A DNA stretch of 64,000 bases from an uncultured Chloroflexia bacterium (GTDB taxonomy: Bacteria > Chloroflexota > Anaerolineae > CG2-30-64-16): NCBI GenBank assembly GCA_963810095.1, contig CAWEMM010000002.1, positions 256,001 through 320,000 of the forward strand, read 5' to 3'. The notes beneath the pieces were generated by a model that was not told the origin of the DNA, did no database searches, and worked only from the letters and a program-made list of their open reading frames with translations. Made by a program: the position numbers and the translations under genes. Each line of letters opens with the position of its first letter. Within the stretch, counting starts at the first letter, position 1. Positions 45,047-56,089 of this stretch are shown here, one piece after another.

Positions 45047-46746
45047 TCATCCAGTCAGCTTGCGGTGCACAAGGCGGTGCGGCGTTTCTGCGGCGATGCC
45101 CAACCGCTTGCGGCGGTCCGTCTCGTAGTCCGAGCAGTTGCCGACAAACCACTGCACGCTGCCGTCCTCCTCGAACGCGAGGATATGCGTGCAGATGCGG
45201 TCGAGAAACCAGCGGTCATGGCTGACGACCATCGCGTCTGCCGCCGAAGTCGCTCAGCGCTTCTTCCAGCGCGCGCAGAGTGTTCACGTCCAGGTCGTTG
45301 GTCGGCTCGTCGAGGAGGAGCACGTTCGCGCCCCGCCGCAGCACCTTCGCCAGGTGCACCCGGTTGCGCTCGCCGCCCGATAGATCGCCCACCCGCTTCT
45401 GCTGGTCCGACCCGAGGAAGTTGAACCCCGAGACGTAGCCCCGGCTGTTTACTTTGCGCTGCCCCAGCGTGATCGTCTCGTCGCCGCCCGAGATCTCCTC
45501 CCAGACCGTTTTGTCGGCGTTGAGCGTCTCGCGGCTTTGGTCGACGTAGCCCAACTCGACCGTCTGCCCGATACGCACGGTACCGGTTGTGGGCTGCTCC
45601 TGGTGGGTGATCAGGCGGAGCATGGTCGTCTTGCCCGCGCCGTTCGGCCCGATCACGCCGACGATGGACGCCGGGCGGCATCTGGAAGGTCAGGTTCTCG
45701 AAGATGAGACGACTCTGTCCCGGCGAGTCCGTGTCGTCGTAGGTCTTGCTCACTTTGTCGAAGTCGATGACGACGTCGCCCAGGCGCGGGCCGGGGGGAA
45801 TGTAGATCTGCATCTCCTCGCGGCGCTGTTCGGTCTCCTCGCTCAGCAGCTTCTCATAGGCGCTGACGCGTGCTTTCCCCTTCGACTGGCGGGCGCGGGG
45901 CGACATGCGGATCCATTCGAGCTCGCGCTCGAGCGTGCGGATGCGCCGGGTGTCCGCCTTCTCTTCCTTGCGCAGCCGCTCCTGCTTCTGTTCGAGCCAG
46001 GACGAGTAGTTGCCCCGCCACGGGATGCCATAGCCCCGGTCCAGCTCCAGGATCCACTGGGCCACATTGTCGAGGAAGTAACGGTCGTGCGTAACCGCGA
46101 TGACGGTGCCCGCGTACCCTTGCAGGTGCTTCTCCAGCCACCCGACCGACTCGGCGTCCAGGTGGTTCGTCGGCTCGTCGAGCAGGAGGATGTCGGGCTC
46201 GGTCAGCAGCAGGCGGGTGAGCGCGACCCGGCGCCGCTCGCCGCCCGAGAGGATGCTGACCGGCGCGTCGCCGGGCGGGCAGCGCAGCGCCTCCATGGCC
46301 TGTTCGAGCTTGTTGTCGAGGTTCCACGCGTCGTGCTTGTCCAGCTCTTCTTGCAGCTTGCCCTGCTTCTCGATCAGCGCGTCGAAGTCGGCGTCGGGCT
46401 CGCCGAAGGCGTTTGTGACCTCGTCGAACTCCTTCAGCATGTCCACGATGGGTTGCACGGCCTCTTCGATGACCTGGCGCACGGTCTTGTTCGGGTCAAG
46501 CTGCGGCTCCTGCTCGAGCAGCCCGCGGGTGTAACCCTTGGACAGCATCGTCTCGCCCAGGTAGCCGTCGTCCACCCCCGCCATGATGCGCAGCAGCGTG
46601 CTCTTGCCCGCGCCGTTCAGGCCCAGCACGCCGATTTTTGCGCCGTAATAGAAGCCGAGCGAGATGTCGCGCAGCACCTGGCGGTTTGGCGGATGCACCC
46701 GGCCTACCCGGACCATCGAGTAGATGACTTGTTGGGTCTCGGTCAT
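45047..46746 (-). CDS. ettA: Energy-dependent translational throttle, ABC-F protein (frameshifts ~45670 and ~45235)
   Basis: [77 protein letters not shown]. Confidence 0.93.
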
Positions 46747-47479
46747 TGCAGGTCCTTCATCATCTTTGCTGTCGCCGCGACGGTCTGCGCCTGCTGGTCG
46801 TCCCGCGTGATGGTCGCCTGGCCGTCGCCGCCCTGGGGTCCATAATACCCGAAACCGGCGTGATTGCCACCCTGGATTTCCAGCCACTGCGTTGCTGCGG
46901 GCAGGAGGGGCACGGACGCCTGGATCTTGTCGGGGGTGGCCAGCCCGTCGTTCGAAGCCGAGATCGAGGCAACCTGGAGGTTGCGGCCGGCCAGGCTATT
47001 GTTGCCCGCCGGGTACGCGGCCCACAGGGCGAGGCCCTCGACCGCGTCCGGGTTATCGAAGGCGTACTTGGCGCCCATCGCGCCGCCCAGCGAGTGCCCG
47101 CCGATGGCCCAGCTTGTGATCTCTGGGTGCGCCTGGATCACGCCGCTGGCCTTGCCCGAGCCGAATACGGCCAGGTTGAAGGGCATGGGCACGATGACGG
47201 CGAGGTAACCCTGCTCCGCAAGGGCGCGGGCGGTCGGCGCGTACGAGCGATAGTCCACCCGGCCGCCGGGATAGATGACGATGCCAGTGGTGGGCTGCTG
47301 GCCGGTTGGCGTGAAGGTGAGCCAGGGCGACGTCTGCACGTCGACCCCGTTGCCGCTTTGCATGGCAACCAGCGCCTCCGGCATCGGGCCCAGGGGGGTG
47401 TAGGCCCAGATGGTGAAGGCGGCGGCGCGACGACCAGGACGATGAGCAGGACGAGCAGGATTCGTTTGAAAATGCGCAT
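46743..47479 (-). CDS. Alpha/beta hydrolase family 5-like protein (frameshift ~47428)
   Basis: N-terminal TM; IYPGGRVD, GGHSLGG, NDGL, IQGGNHAGFGYYGPQ. Confidence 0.88.
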
Positions 47480-47540
47480 GAAAATTCCTTACTTCTGAGA
47501 GGTTGGGTTGGGAAAGAACAGCGTTTGGGACGCGAACCCA

Positions 47541-47675
47541 TTTGGAACGCGAAGGCGCGAAGGGCGTCAAAGAACGCGAAGCGCGAAGCGGCGAAGGCGG
47601 ACCGTTGACCGGTTCCGAACTTTGCGATCTTCGTGCTCCGTGATCTTCGGATGCTTCGCGTCTTCGCGTTCCAAA
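47541..47675. repeat. MITE-like element with 14-bp terminal inverted repeats and periodic CGCGAAG units
   Basis: tttggaacgcgaag ... cttcgcgttccaaa. Confidence 0.7.
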
Positions 47676-47695
47676 CGTCTTCGCGCGATCGCGAT

Positions 47696-48983
47696 CTATA
47701 TCGCCGGGACCGGGTCGGGCCGGACGATCAGCCGGCGCCAGGCGTAGACCACGACCCAGGCCATGATGACGGCCGCGAGGACCGCCGGCGCCCACGCGCC
47801 CACTGAGCCGAGCAGCCAACCGCCCACGGCCGGCGCGACAATGCGTGAGAGGCTTTCGAGCGCGGACGATGTGCCCAGCGCGCCGCCGATCTCTTCAGGG
47901 GCAACCGCCCGCGAAATGCCCGCGTTGATCACGGTGTTCAGTACGCCGGACGAGAACGCCATCGGGATCAGCACGATCATGAGCACGGGCACGCTGGGGG
48001 TGACGGCCCACGCGGCCATGCTGATGCCGAAGATGAGCGTGGTCCAGAAGATCAGCTTGTTCTCGGGGAAGCGCCGGGTCAGCGGGCCGATCAGCCCGCC
48101 CTGCACGATCACCGAGAGCACGCCGAGGTAGGCCAGCAGCAGCGACGTGGCCCGGGCATCCAGGCCGAGCTGCTCCTTCGCCCACAGAGTGAACATCGTC
48201 TGCAAGAGCGCCGCGGCCAGCGCGTAGAAAAGGCGGATTTGGAGCAGCGGACCGACGCGCGGGTCGCGACAGGGCTTGCCACATCGCCGTGAAGCTAATC
48301 AGGGGCCGTTTGAGCCCCGCCAGTTTTTCCCTGATTTCGGCCGTCAGCGATTCGGGCAGGGTCAGGAAGATGCCGACCAGGTTGATCGTGGCCAGCGCTG
48401 CCGCGACAAACGCCGGCACCGCGTAGCCAAACTGGCTCAGCAGGCCGCCCATCGCGGGGCCGATGATGAAGCCGAGCCCAAACGCCGCGCCGATCAAGCC
48501 CAGGCCCTTGGCGCGGTTCTGTGCGTCGGTCACGTCCGAGATGTACGCCTGCGCCACGGTGATGTTGCCCCCGGTCAGGCCGGCCAGCATGCGCGACAGG
48601 AACATGACGCCCAGGATGGTGGCATTCGTCAGCGCGGTCATCTGCTCGGTCGACGCGTTCTGCAGGGGCAGCGATGCGAGCCAGCGCCCGAGCGGGTCGG
48701 CAAAACCGAGGATCAAGAACCCGAGCGCGGTGCCCGCGATGCTGATCATCAGCACGGGGCGCCGGCCGTAGCGGTCTGACAGGCGGCCGAGCAGCGGCGC
48801 GCCGATGAACTGCGCGAGCGCATACGAGGCGGCCAGCAGGCCCACGACGAAGTCGCTGGCGCCGTACTGCCCCGCGTAGAACGGCAGCAGCGGCAGGATC
48901 AGGCCGAAGCCCAACAGGTCGATGAAGACGACGAGAAAGATGTTGATCAGGCTTCCGGTCCCCCGGCTCTGGCGTCCCCTCAT
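47696..48983 (-). CDS. MFS transporter, TetA/DHA1-like (frameshift ~48260)
   Basis: FIDLLGFGLILPLLP, GRLSDRYGRRP, AQAYISDVT, GAAFGLGFIIGP. Confidence 0.92.
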
Positions 48984-49825
48984 AAGGTCCCTTGCTCCTC
49001 CCCATAGGGGCGGGCCGCCGTCTCGGTACGGCCCCCCGCCCTGTCCCCGAATACGCGCCTGCTCCACCGTCTGACTGCGGCATTGTCGGTGGCCAGGAAC
49101 AGCACCATGCCAAACACGATCAGCATGTTAGTCAGCCCGAAAAAGATGAACTCTTCGATGGGCAGCACCCCGCCCAGCATGATCCCCACCGACTGGTTCG
49201 GGTCGATGGTCCAGGTGCCCGCGCCGAGCGCGACCGTGTCGACGAGCGACAGATAGAGCCACGGCGGAACCAGGCCGAGCAAGACCAGCTTGCGGTTATG
49301 CCACAGGGCATCCCCGCCCGCCAGCATCTGCGGGATCACCGGGATGAGCAGCCAGCCCACTTCGAGCGCCAGGTAGGTGCCCGGCGCCCAACCCGAGAAG
49401 AACAGCGCGACGGAGGCGAGCACCAGCAGGGTGACGAACGCGGCGCCCAGCTTGCGCAGGCCGGGGCGGTGCGGAATAGGTGTTGGCGCGGGCTTCAGAT
49501 GCCGGCCCAGCCACAGGACCCACAAGCCGGTCAGCAGCGTCTGCACGACGAAGAAGGTGTACTCCTCGATAGGAACCCACCCGAGCGTGATGCCGGTCAC
49601 CAGGTCCGGGTTGTAGAACCAGACGCCCGTTGCCACCAGGTAGTTGTCCCAGGGCGTAGTCCAGACGACGGCCGCGATGCAGTGTGCCAGGATGGCGAAC
49701 CAACCGGGCATACCCTGCAGCGACTCGGGCATTCGCCGGCCCCGGCGGGCATCCCACACCGTCAGCGCGATCATGATCAGCAGCGGCACGCCGATGAAGC
49801 GGAGCAAAAAGCCGAAATAGGTCAT
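48980..49825 (-). CDS. crtY: Membrane lycopene cyclase, two-domain CrtYcd type
   Basis: Duplicated motif: TTPWDNYL...PIEEYTFF and LVDTVA...PIEEFIFF. Confidence 0.87.
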   Translation of the reverse strand: MTYFGFLLRFIGVPLLIMIALTVWDARRGRRMPESLQGMPGWFAILAHCIAAVVWTTPWDNYLVATGVWFYNPDLVTGITLGWVPIEEYTFFVVQTLLTGLWVLWLGRHLKPAPTPIPHRPGLRKLGAAFVTLLVLASVALFFSGWAPGTYLALEVGWLLIPVIPQMLAGGDALWHNRKLVLLGLVPPWLYLSLVDTVALGAGTWTIDPNQSVGIMLGGVLPIEEFIFFGLTNMLIVFGMVLFLATDNAAVRRWSRRVFGDRAGGRTETAARPYGEEQGTL

Positions 49826-49834
49826 GATGTGATC

Positions 49835-50725
49835 TTACCCCTGCGTCCCCGGACCGCGGCGGCCAGGCAGCGGCAGCGTCGCCGGCACGGTCTGGATCGA
49901 CATGGGCGCGTCGTGCGCCGGCCGGCGCAGGACCCGGCGCACGCCCTCGCGCAGCGCACCGCCCGCCATCTGCAGCATGCCGAACTCCGAGACGAGCAAC
50001 CCGCTCTTGCCGTCGGTGGCCGGCGATGCAAGCCAAACCACCTTCTCGGCCGGCGCCTCGGGCGGCTTGGCCCACATGCGAACAATCGTCGGCATCACGT
50101 CGAGCTTCCTCTCATAGCCGGACACCACCTGGATATCCGTGAGCAGCTCGGTCGTCATCATGCCGGGGTTGATCGCGAAAATACCCACGCCCGAGTCCTT
50201 GTAGTCGGCGGACAGATTGACCGTGAAGGCCCGCATCCACGCCTTGCTCGACGCGTACGCCGTCTGCATCTCCGACTTACGCCCGTCCCAGCCGCGGCCC
50301 AATACATTGATCAGCTTGCCGCGGCCCGCGGCGAGGAACGCGGTCATCGCGACCAGCGCGCCGTTGTAGGTGCCGACGATGTTGGTGTTCACCACACGCA
50401 GAAACGCGCTCGGCGGGACGTGCATGAGCGGTCCGTAGGCTGTCGTCCAGCCCGCGTTGTTGATCCACACGTCGAAGCGTCCGTAGATGCGGGTGGCGTG
50501 CTCGCCCAGCGCCTCGACCTGTTCGAGTTGGCTGACGTCGCACGCGAGCCCGTCCGCCGTGATGCCTTTGCTGCGCAGCTCACGGACGACCGCGTCGACG
50601 GCCTCAGACGTGCGTGAGCTGACAACCACCCGCGCGCCTTCCCGCCCGCACGCCTGCGCAATCGCCAGCCCAAACCCCCGCGTGCTGCCCGTGATTACGA
50701 TGACCTTGTCCTGTAACACACCCAT
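49835..50725 (-). CDS. SDR oxidoreductase
   Basis: ITGSTRGFG, WINNAG, YASSK; likely start MGVLQDK. Confidence 0.9.
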   Translation of the reverse strand: MGVLQDKVIVITGSTRGFGLAIAQACGREGARVVVSSRTSEAVDAVVRELRSKGITADGLACDVSQLEQVEALGEHATRIYGRFDVWINNAGWTTAYGPLMHVPPSAFLRVVNTNIVGTYNGALVAMTAFLAAGRGKLINVLGRGWDGRKSEMQTAYASSKAWMRAFTVNLSADYKDSGVGIFAINPGMMTTELLTDIQVVSGYERKLDVMPTIVRMWAKPPEAPAEKVVWLASPATDGKSGLLVSEFGMLQMAGGALREGVRRVLRRPAHDAPMSIQTVPATLPLPGRRGPGTQG

Positions 50726-50764
50726 GTTCCGCTTGCCCCCCCATCCTGAACCGGTCGCAGCGGT

Positions 50765-50801
50765 GGGGGCGAGGCAGCGGTCGTTCCACTGCCTCGCCCC
50801 C
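50765..50801. repeat. REP-like GC hairpin
   Basis: ggggcgaggcag ... ctgcctcgcccc. Confidence 0.55.
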
Positions 50802-50834
50802 ACGAGCCTCTGCGTCGCTCTGCGCCCTCTGCGG

Positions 50835-51785
50835 CTATCCGTCTTTCGTCGCGCCGTCCAGCCGGGCGACTTCCTCATCCGTTAGCCGCCAGCCCAGGGC
50901 ACCTGCATTCTGCTCCGCCTGGCGCGCGTTCTTTGCGCCCGGGATCGGCACCGCACCCTTGCAGATCAGCCAGTTCAAGGCCACCTGCGCGTGCGTCTTG
51001 CTACCCTCCGGCCCAGAGGCGTGCGCCTCCCCGATCTCCTTCAGGATCGCATTGACCCGCTCCGCATCCTCCAGGGCTTTGCCGCGGAACAGCCGGCTGC
51101 GCGTGCCGGGCGGCGGGTTCTGGCGATTGTACTTGCCCGTGAGCAGCCCCTTACGCAGCGGGCTGTACGCGATCAGGGTCACGCCGAGTTCACGGGCCGC
51201 CTGGGCCAGGCCGCTGGTTTCCGGCTTGCGCTCCAGCAGGCTGTACTCCACCTGGTTCGTGGCAAGCGGGATCCCGCGTTTTGCCAGCACCGCGTGCGCC
51301 TTGCGCATCTGCTCCACGTTGTAGTTGCTCACGCCCACGGCCCGGGTGAACTTACCGTGCACGGCATCGGCCAGGCCGTCGGCCCAGGTCTCGACCGAGC
51401 GCGGCGGCAGCGGGAAGTGAACCTGGTACAGGTCGACGCGCGGCATGCCCAGACGTTCGAGGCTGGCCTTCAGCGCGTCCAGGAGCTTGCCTTTCGACAG
51501 ACGCCAGGGAAGCGGTGCGAACTTCGTCGCAATGACGGGCGGGTTCGTCCGGTCGATGAACTGGCCCAGGTACCGCTCCGACTTCCCGCGGCCGTATAGC
51601 TCGGCCGTGTCGAAGAAGTTGATGCCCGCGGCAATGGCCGCATCGTACGCGGCGCGGATTTCGGCCTCGCCGTATCCGCTGCCGTAGTTCCACATCATCG
51701 TATCGCCCCACTGCCAGGCGCCGAGGCCGACGGCAGTGACGCGGAGGTCCGTTTTCCCGAGTGGGACGAGATCAAGATCTGGCAT
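50835..51785 (-). CDS. Aldo/keto reductase
   Basis: GLGAWQWGD, FDTAELYG, IATK, DLYQVH, GVSN, NQVEYSLL, PIPGAK. Confidence 0.94.
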   Translation of the reverse strand: MPDLDLVPLGKTDLRVTAVGLGAWQWGDTMMWNYGSGYGEAEIRAAYDAAIAAGINFFDTAELYGRGKSERYLGQFIDRTNPPVIATKFAPLPWRLSKGKLLDALKASLERLGMPRVDLYQVHFPLPPRSVETWADGLADAVHGKFTRAVGVSNYNVEQMRKAHAVLAKRGIPLATNQVEYSLLERKPETSGLAQAARELGVTLIAYSPLRKGLLTGKYNRQNPPPGTRSRLFRGKALEDAERVNAILKEIGEAHASGPEGSKTHAQVALNWLICKGAVPIPGAKNARQAEQNAGALGWRLTDEEVARLDGATKDG

Positions 51786-51787
51786 GG

Positions 51788-52729
51788 TTACATCTCCAGG
51801 CTTTCGATCGCCTCGCGCACCGTTTTTGCGCTGTCACGCAAGGCAGCATTTTCCTGAGGGCTTAGCGCAATGGGCAGGGTCGCGATGACCCCTTGCCCGC
51901 CCACGAGCTGCGGGAGCGAGACAGTGACGTCCTTCACGCCGGCTACTTCGGCCTGGGGCGTGCAGACGGTCAGGATCGCCCGCTGATCGTGCAGGATGAC
52001 GTCGACAATACGCGCGAGCGCCGCTCCGATGCCGTAGTAAGTCGCCCCTTTTGCTGCAATGATAGACTTGCCGGCAAACCGCACCCGCTGGTCAATGTCG
52101 GCCTGGAGTTCTGCGCCAATCGTCATCCCGCGCATCTCGTAGTACTCGACCAGGTGCACGCCGCCCACGGTCACAATCGACCAGGTCAGCACCTGCGAGT
52201 CGCCGTGCTCGCCCAGCACGTAGCCGTGCACATGCCGTGCATCGACGCCAAGGTGGTCGCTCAGCAGGGCCCGGAAGCGCGCCGTATCCAGCGTCGTGCC
52301 CGAGCCGATGATGCGGGACGAGGGCACGCCCGCCCGGGCGGCGAAGTGCGCGGTCAGGTGCGTGGTTACGTCGACCGGGTTGGTCGCGATCACCAGCACC
52401 GCGTCCGACGCATATTCGAGCACCTGCGGGACGACCTCGCGGAAGATCGCGGCGTTGCGTTGGAGTAGCTGCGTTCGGGTCTCGCCCGGCTGGCGGTTCA
52501 CGCCGGCCGCGATCACGACGACGTGGCTGCCCGCCAGGCTTTTGTAGTCGCCCGCATAGATGTCGAGCGGGTTCGCGAAGGGCACCGCGTGCGAAATATC
52601 GTCGGCCTGCGCCTGCGCCCGCTCGCGGCTGACGTCCACCATCACGATCTCGCGGCCCACGTTGCTCATCACCATCGCGTAGGCCGCGGTGCTGCCCACG
52701 AGCCCGGCACCCACCACACCGACCTTCAT
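51788..52729 (-). CDS. ldh: L-lactate dehydrogenase
   Basis: [44 protein letters not shown]. Confidence 0.94.
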   Translation of the reverse strand: MKVGVVGAGLVGSTAAYAMVMSNVGREIVMVDVSRERAQAQADDISHAVPFANPLDIYAGDYKSLAGSHVVVIAAGVNRQPGETRTQLLQRNAAIFREVVPQVLEYASDAVLVIATNPVDVTTHLTAHFAARAGVPSSRIIGSGTTLDTARFRALLSDHLGVDARHVHGYVLGEHGDSQVLTWSIVTVGGVHLVEYYEMRGMTIGAELQADIDQRVRFAGKSIIAAKGATYYGIGAALARIVDVILHDQRAILTVCTPQAEVAGVKDVTVSLPQLVGGQGVIATLPIALSPQENAALRDSAKTVREAIESLEM

Positions 52730-52831
52730 CCCGCGCCTCCTTCAGACGACAGTCTTTCCCAAGCACTCATCGGGCTTTTCGCTCGACTTGCGCCGGACAG
52801 GAACGGATCGCCTTTGTGAAAATCGGCGTTA

Positions 52832-54354
52832 TTATACATCATGCGTTTGACCCGCCGGCCCCAGAGCCAGTCGCACTGCTGAGCGGCCGCCGACGGCCGC
52901 CCGGAGCGCACGGGACACCCGCAAGCCGCCCAGCGCCGTGGCCAGGATCGATTGCCCCGGAAAGATGCTGTCACCCACAAGCCACAGCCCGTCGCCAATA
53001 CGAGGGGCCCAGGCCCGAAACAACGACGTCTGCGGGAAGCCGCCCACCCACCCCAGCGAGCGGCTCGTGTAGCGCTGGAACGTCACGGGCGTGCCGGGGA
53101 GCACGAGCCGGGCGGCCGTGTGAAGCCCGGGCAGCGCGACCTCCGCCGCCCGCAGGACGCGCTCGGTGTAATCGGCCTTGCGCGCCTCGTAGGCGGGGCG
53201 GTCCCGCTCAAACAGGTCCCACCAGGGGCGCAGGTCCGTGTGCGTGCTGATGGTCAGGGCGCGGTGCCCGGCCGGCGCGCGGGCGGCGTCGCCTGGAAGG
53301 CTGAGCGAAAGAAAGACGCTGTTACCCTCGCCCAGCGGCTCCGCCAGCAGCACCTGTTGGTGGAGCGCGACGTCTGCGGGGAGGATCGAGTCGTCCAGCC
53401 CAACGTAGAGCATGAACGCACCCCACCCGTCGGCCGGGCGACGACCTGCGCGCAAGCCGCGGGCGCGGCCGCGCCCATCAGCCCGGCCGCATCCCACGGC
53501 GGCAGGTTGAATATCACTTGGTCGGCCGGGAAGTCTGCGCCGCGCGCCGTGGACACCCGGTAGCCGCGGCCCACCCGTTCGACCGCGGTCACCCGCTGCC
53601 GGTAGAGCACCTGCCCTCCGGATGCACGAATCGATCCGACCAGGGTCTCGCCGATCTTGCCGATGCCCCCGCGTACGTGCGCGACGCCCCGCCGGGGCAT
53701 ATCCAGCGCAGCCGCGCCGTACAGCGCGTTGGCCCGCTCTGACGTCGCCTGCGCCGCGATCAGAAGTTGGCCGTCGACGTACTGGCGCAGCGCAGCGGGT
53801 ACGCCCTCGAGATGTACGCGCATACTGCGGATGGCATCGAGGCCGAGCCCCGGAAGTCGGATGGGATCAGCACCTGCAACCCCAACGCCGGCGCGTACCA
53901 ACGCGGCGGCTTCCTGCGCGTTCTGCGGCGGCCACGGCGCCCCGCCCAGCGCGACCTGCCACAGGCGGTCGGCCGTGAGTTCTTGCCAGCGCCAAAAAGC
54001 CTCGGCGGGTGCCCCAAAGGCCATGATGCGTTCTGCCTGCCACTTGCCCGGGTCCGACCAACGCGTGATTGTCTGCCCGCCGGGCAGGTGCACTTGCATG
54101 GCGATCTCGGCCGGCTCGACCGGCCAGGTGATTCCGAGCGCTTCGCCTAGTCCGCTCATGCCACCGCCCGGCTCGAACCCGGCCGAGAGCGTCGCGCCCG
54201 CGTCGAAACGGTAGCCGCCGTGATAGAAGGTGCCCGCGCAGCCGCCCGGGTACACGTGCGCCTCGAGGACGGTCACGTCCATTCCTGCCTTGGCCAGCAG
54301 CGCAGCCGCGCTCAAGCCACCAATGCCGGCCCCAATCACGACGACCTTTGTCAT
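52832..54354 (-). CDS. CrtD/CrtH-like FAD-dependent carotenoid desaturase/isomerase (frameshift ~53440)
   Basis: [47 protein letters not shown]. Confidence 0.82.
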
Positions 54355-54794
54355 GCGGGCTCGAGGAGCGCACGGGTTCGCCGCGCACGGAAGGCAAACA
54401 GAAAGGGCATCCCCAGCCACATCAGCCGGCCGACGACGGCCCAAAACGGGTGTGGACTGTAGGTGGCTTCCACCCGGTCCACGACATCCGTCGCCCGGTC
54501 GCCGGCGCGCTCGAACCCGTGCCGGTGCGTCCATGACCCAAACGGGCCGCGCACCTGCCGGTCGGTGAAGCCGCGCTCGGACGCGTCCTCGATGGATGCG
54601 AGCCACCGGATGGGGACCGGTCCCGCCCAGAGCGTAAAATCCATCCGGTCGCCACTCTTCAGCTCGGCCGGCGCCGCGTGGACGCGTACGACTATGGGCG
54701 GAGGCGTGATGGCCGCCATGCTCGCCGCCTGCCGGTGAAACGCCGCTACTTCTTCCACAGACGCCCGCACTCGAAACCGATGCTCAAATCTCAC
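54351..54794 (-). CDS. SRPBCC/START-like lipid-binding protein
   Basis: [28 protein letters not shown]. Confidence 0.87.
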   Translation of the reverse strand: MRFEHRFRVRASVEEVAAFHRQAASMAAITPPPIVVRVHAAPAELKSGDRMDFTLWAGPVPIRWLASIEDASERGFTDRQVRGPFGSWTHRHGFERAGDRATDVVDRVEATYSPHPFWAVVGRLMWLGMPFLFAFRARRTRALLEPA

Positions 54795-54809
54795 TACGGT
54801 AACTCCTCA

Positions 54810-54899
54810 ATAGCACGCTGATTCGACTGATCTGAATGATTCACGTGATCTGCCTGGAAGATCAGAAGCTTACTCCGATTAATTCGATCTGCGTCCCAT
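54810..54899. repeat. Palindromic element, family A; overlaps the 3' end of the TIGR01777 gene
   Basis: cacgctgattcgactgatctgaatgat ... gatctgcgtcccat. Confidence 0.65.
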
Positions 54900-55814
54900 C
54901 AAATCCCTCAAGGCGGCTTCGGCGGTGGGGAACTTGAACTTGTAGCCCAGGTCCAGCAGCTTCTTGGGCAGCGCCCGCTGGCCCTCCAGGACGGTGGATG
55001 CTACTTCGCCCAGCGCGGCGCGCAGTGCGAAGCCCGGGACGGGCAGCCAATAGGGGCGGCCGAGGACGCGGGCGAGCGTGACGCCGAATTGGGCGTAGGT
55101 CGACGCTTCGGGTGCAACCAGGTTGACCGGCCCGCTCGCAGCTTCGTTTTCGATCAGGAAGCGGATCGCCGCCACTTCGTCTGCCGGGTGAACCCAGGCG
55201 AAGCCCTGCTTGCCGCTGCCCATGGGGCCGCCGGCAAAGAGCTTGAACGGCAGCAGGAGCCGCTTAAGTGCGCCTTCGTCCGGGCTTAGCACCACCCCCG
55301 AACGGATGGAGACATGGCGCACGCCCATTTTCGTCACTGCGGCCGTACTCGCTTCCCAGTCCACCGTCACCCGCGCCAGAAAATCGTCGCCGGGCGGGTC
55401 CGCCTCGGTCAACAGCTTGTCCGCGCGTGAGCCGTAGTGGCCGATGCCAGACGACTGGATGACCACCTGAGGCTTGACGGTCGCCTGCTCGACCGCCTGC
55501 ACGACCGCTTTGCCCGCGTCCAGCCTGCTATCGAGAATGCGTTTCTTGCGTTCGTCCGTCCACCGCGAAGGCAGGAAGCCCTCGCCCGCCAGGTTCTCGC
55601 CGGCGAGGTTGACGATCGCCCGGGCCCCTTCCGCCAACGCCCCCCAACCGATGCCCGTGCGCGCGTCCCAGCGCTCGATGCGCACCCGCTCTGGCAGCCC
55701 GTTGGCCGTGTCGGGGTGGCGCGACAACGCCACGACTTCGTATCCGTGCGCCAACAGCTCTTCTGCGAGCTGCCGCCCGATGAAACCGGTCCCCCCGGTG
55801 ATAATGACGCGCAT
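54879..55814 (-). CDS. TIGR01777 (YfcH-like) NAD-dependent epimerase family
   Basis: ITGGTGFIG, VNLAGE, RWT, DFLARV, GGPMGSGKQ, GPVNLVAP; GAGGAG RBS. Confidence 0.92.
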   Translation of the reverse strand: MRVIITGGTGFIGRQLAEELLAHGYEVVALSRHPDTANGLPERVRIERWDARTGIGWGALAEGARAIVNLAGENLAGEGFLPSRWTDERKKRILDSRLDAGKAVVQAVEQATVKPQVVIQSSGIGHYGSRADKLLTEADPPGDDFLARVTVDWEASTAAVTKMGVRHVSIRSGVVLSPDEGALKRLLLPFKLFAGGPMGSGKQGFAWVHPADEVAAIRFLIENEAASGPVNLVAPEASTYAQFGVTLARVLGRPYWLPVPGFALRAALGEVASTVLEGQRALPKKLLDLGYKFKFPTAEAALRDLMGRRSN

Positions 55815-55845
55815 GGCTGGCTCCTCGTACTGGTCTTTGCCGTTC

Positions 55846-55892
55846 AACTATTGACAAAACTATAACACGTTGTAGAGGTTTTGTCAATAGTT
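55846..55892 (-). promoter_or_regulatory. Sigma70 promoter TTGACA-17-TATAGT with a CarH-like repeat, inside a 15-bp-arm palindrome
   Basis: Minus strand TTGACA-N5-TCTACA; arms aactattgacaaaac / gttttgtcaatagtt. Confidence 0.8.
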
Positions 55893-55990
55893 TGATCGAG
55901 ATTGGGTGTATGGAGGACACGGATAAGCGGAGGAGTTCGTGGAGCCGGGGAACCGCAGTCGCACTCGCGCGGCTGGATGACGCGGCGTGA

Positions 55991-56085
55991 AATGGGACAC
56001 TGATTGAACGGATGAGACTGATTCACCTGATCTCTTTTAGAAAGACAGTGCGGATCAGTTCAATCAGTGGCATCAGCGTCCCATT
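55991..56085. repeat. Palindromic element, family A
   Basis: aatgggacactgat ... atcagcgtcccatt. Confidence 0.7.
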
Positions 56086-56089
56086 CCGC

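Noticed and set aside
47480-47819. N-terminal extension of ORF 46743..47819, and small ORF 1541..1726
   Set aside because: Both are translations through palindromic repeat elements or intergenic DNA.
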